From Chiloscyllium plagiosum (taxonomy: Eukaryota): a stretch of 64,000 nt of DNA. Both the position numbers and the translations under genes were made by a program. The notes beneath the pieces were generated by a model that was not told the origin of the DNA, searched no databases, and was given only the letters and a program-made list of their open reading frames with translations. Below, in pieces: positions 62,761-64,000 of the stretch. Location: assembly GCF_004010195.1 (NCBI RefSeq), contig NC_057728.1, positions 30,939,178 to 31,003,177 of the forward strand, read 5' to 3'. The stretch's first letter is position 1, and each line of letters opens with the position of its first letter.

Positions 62761-64000
62761 CATGCAGACACTTCTGCCGTATTTGTTCAATATCAAACCA
62801 TTTACTTATGTCTGTTATCTTTGCTTGTAACGGAGGCACGTTGACTTTAACTAATCTCCAGCATTTTATATACCTGTCAAAGCTTTTATGGCATATTAAG
62901 TTACTTGCTTGTTTACTAGTGTGTTTGCATTACTCCAGACCCTTAAAAGTAAACCTTTACATAAGTCACGTGACCTTGTTTTAGGAGGATAGAGAAGATA
63001 TTGTAACCCGATTTAAAACTATTGATGTGGAATTGAATTAAGAAGTGTTGCTCCATAGACCAATTGGGGCCGCTGTGGTACAATTGCAAAGGTATTGGAG
63101 TCAGTCTTTCCAGTCAGACTTCATCTGAAGTACAGGTTTTCACCATTAATAGCAAAGTTGATTTTGGCAATTACTTAGAAGTGGATGTCTGACACAGAAA
63201 AAATTACTCATTCAGAGTAAAGATGTTGAGATTCACTTCTTGAATGAGAAACGTACAACAATAAACACGTGTGCAAAAACATATAATACGAATCAGGTTC
63301 GACTTCAAAATAAGATTTGTTTTATATATTTAGTCTCAGTACCAATCAAAGAATAATAATGTTGACTGTCTCGCAGTACGTGTCGGTATTTTTTGCAGTA
63401 TTTACTTCAGTAGGTACTTAATTATTACTTATAAAGTACTATTTAGATCTAAACAAAGACACAAGCTGGTTTCGCCTCCTAAATACGAAGCTTTCCAGTA
63501 CCAAAAAGAGCGGGACATCGGTGTGCTGTGTAGAAGTCTAGAAAAAATGGAATTAACAAGTAAAATGAAATACCTAGATTAGATCATTAAATTCACTTAT
63601 TGGACAGTCGGATATGTTTCCCTCACAGCTGACCTCTCTTTGATAACGCGGCAACAACAACCAAAAAAAAAGTTTAATTTATGCAATCGTTTCAAGTCTG
63701 AAATTGAACTCTGGTCGTTTTAATTTGGAGATTACTTTCTGCTTTTTCTCAATGTACCTCGGATCCGTGCTACCCACTGGCACACGGAAGCCGGCGGTTT
63801 TCATCAGTTCATTTATTCAATTCTTGCTTCATAAACTAACATGTAGATAGCAAAACCTACTGATCGATAGATTGATGTGGTTAGTCATGTGCCTGTGTTA
63901 TTTCACTGAAATCTACTTTATGACTGTCAGACTTTATATTTAAATGTAAGTTTCCCTTCAGATACGATCTCACAACCATGGATCAAACTAAAATCAGAAG

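Noticed and set aside
1-64000. CRISPR arrays, operons or other prokaryotic systems
   Set aside because: The sequence is intron-containing vertebrate DNA, and I saw no regularly spaced repeat-spacer array.

Overview
Vertebrate genomic DNA, almost certainly from a cartilaginous fish (HE1-type V-SINEs and HER1/CR1 LINEs typical of sharks), with one assembly gap (8591-9053). Three protein-coding genes can be built by hand with GT-AG junctions in consistent phase. (1) MANSC4: minus strand, 3 coding exons, 12845-15283, 335 aa. (2) KLHL42: plus strand, 3 exons, 24322-44382, 466 aa, divergent from MANSC4 as in mammals. (3) An intact but atypical class A GPCR of the galanin/somatostatin-receptor-like type: minus strand, 50967-51968, with non-canonical TRA and NSVIY motifs and a probable short N-terminal exon at 52084-52102. 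Most of the remaining sequence is transposon debris: CR1 and L2 LINEs, Penelope elements, at least four SINE families, a solo LTR and a TA-flanked MITE. The most interesting observations are the orphan GPCR and its split N-terminus; a LINE that appears to carry a tRNA-like Pol III head and no ORF1, with a matching head+tail short derivative in the same window; a CR1/MITE junction present twice in inverted orientation; and several Penelope-derived short elements with decayed minimal hammerhead ribozyme cores. Repeat boundaries are approximate, and family names come from recognition rather than a database search.
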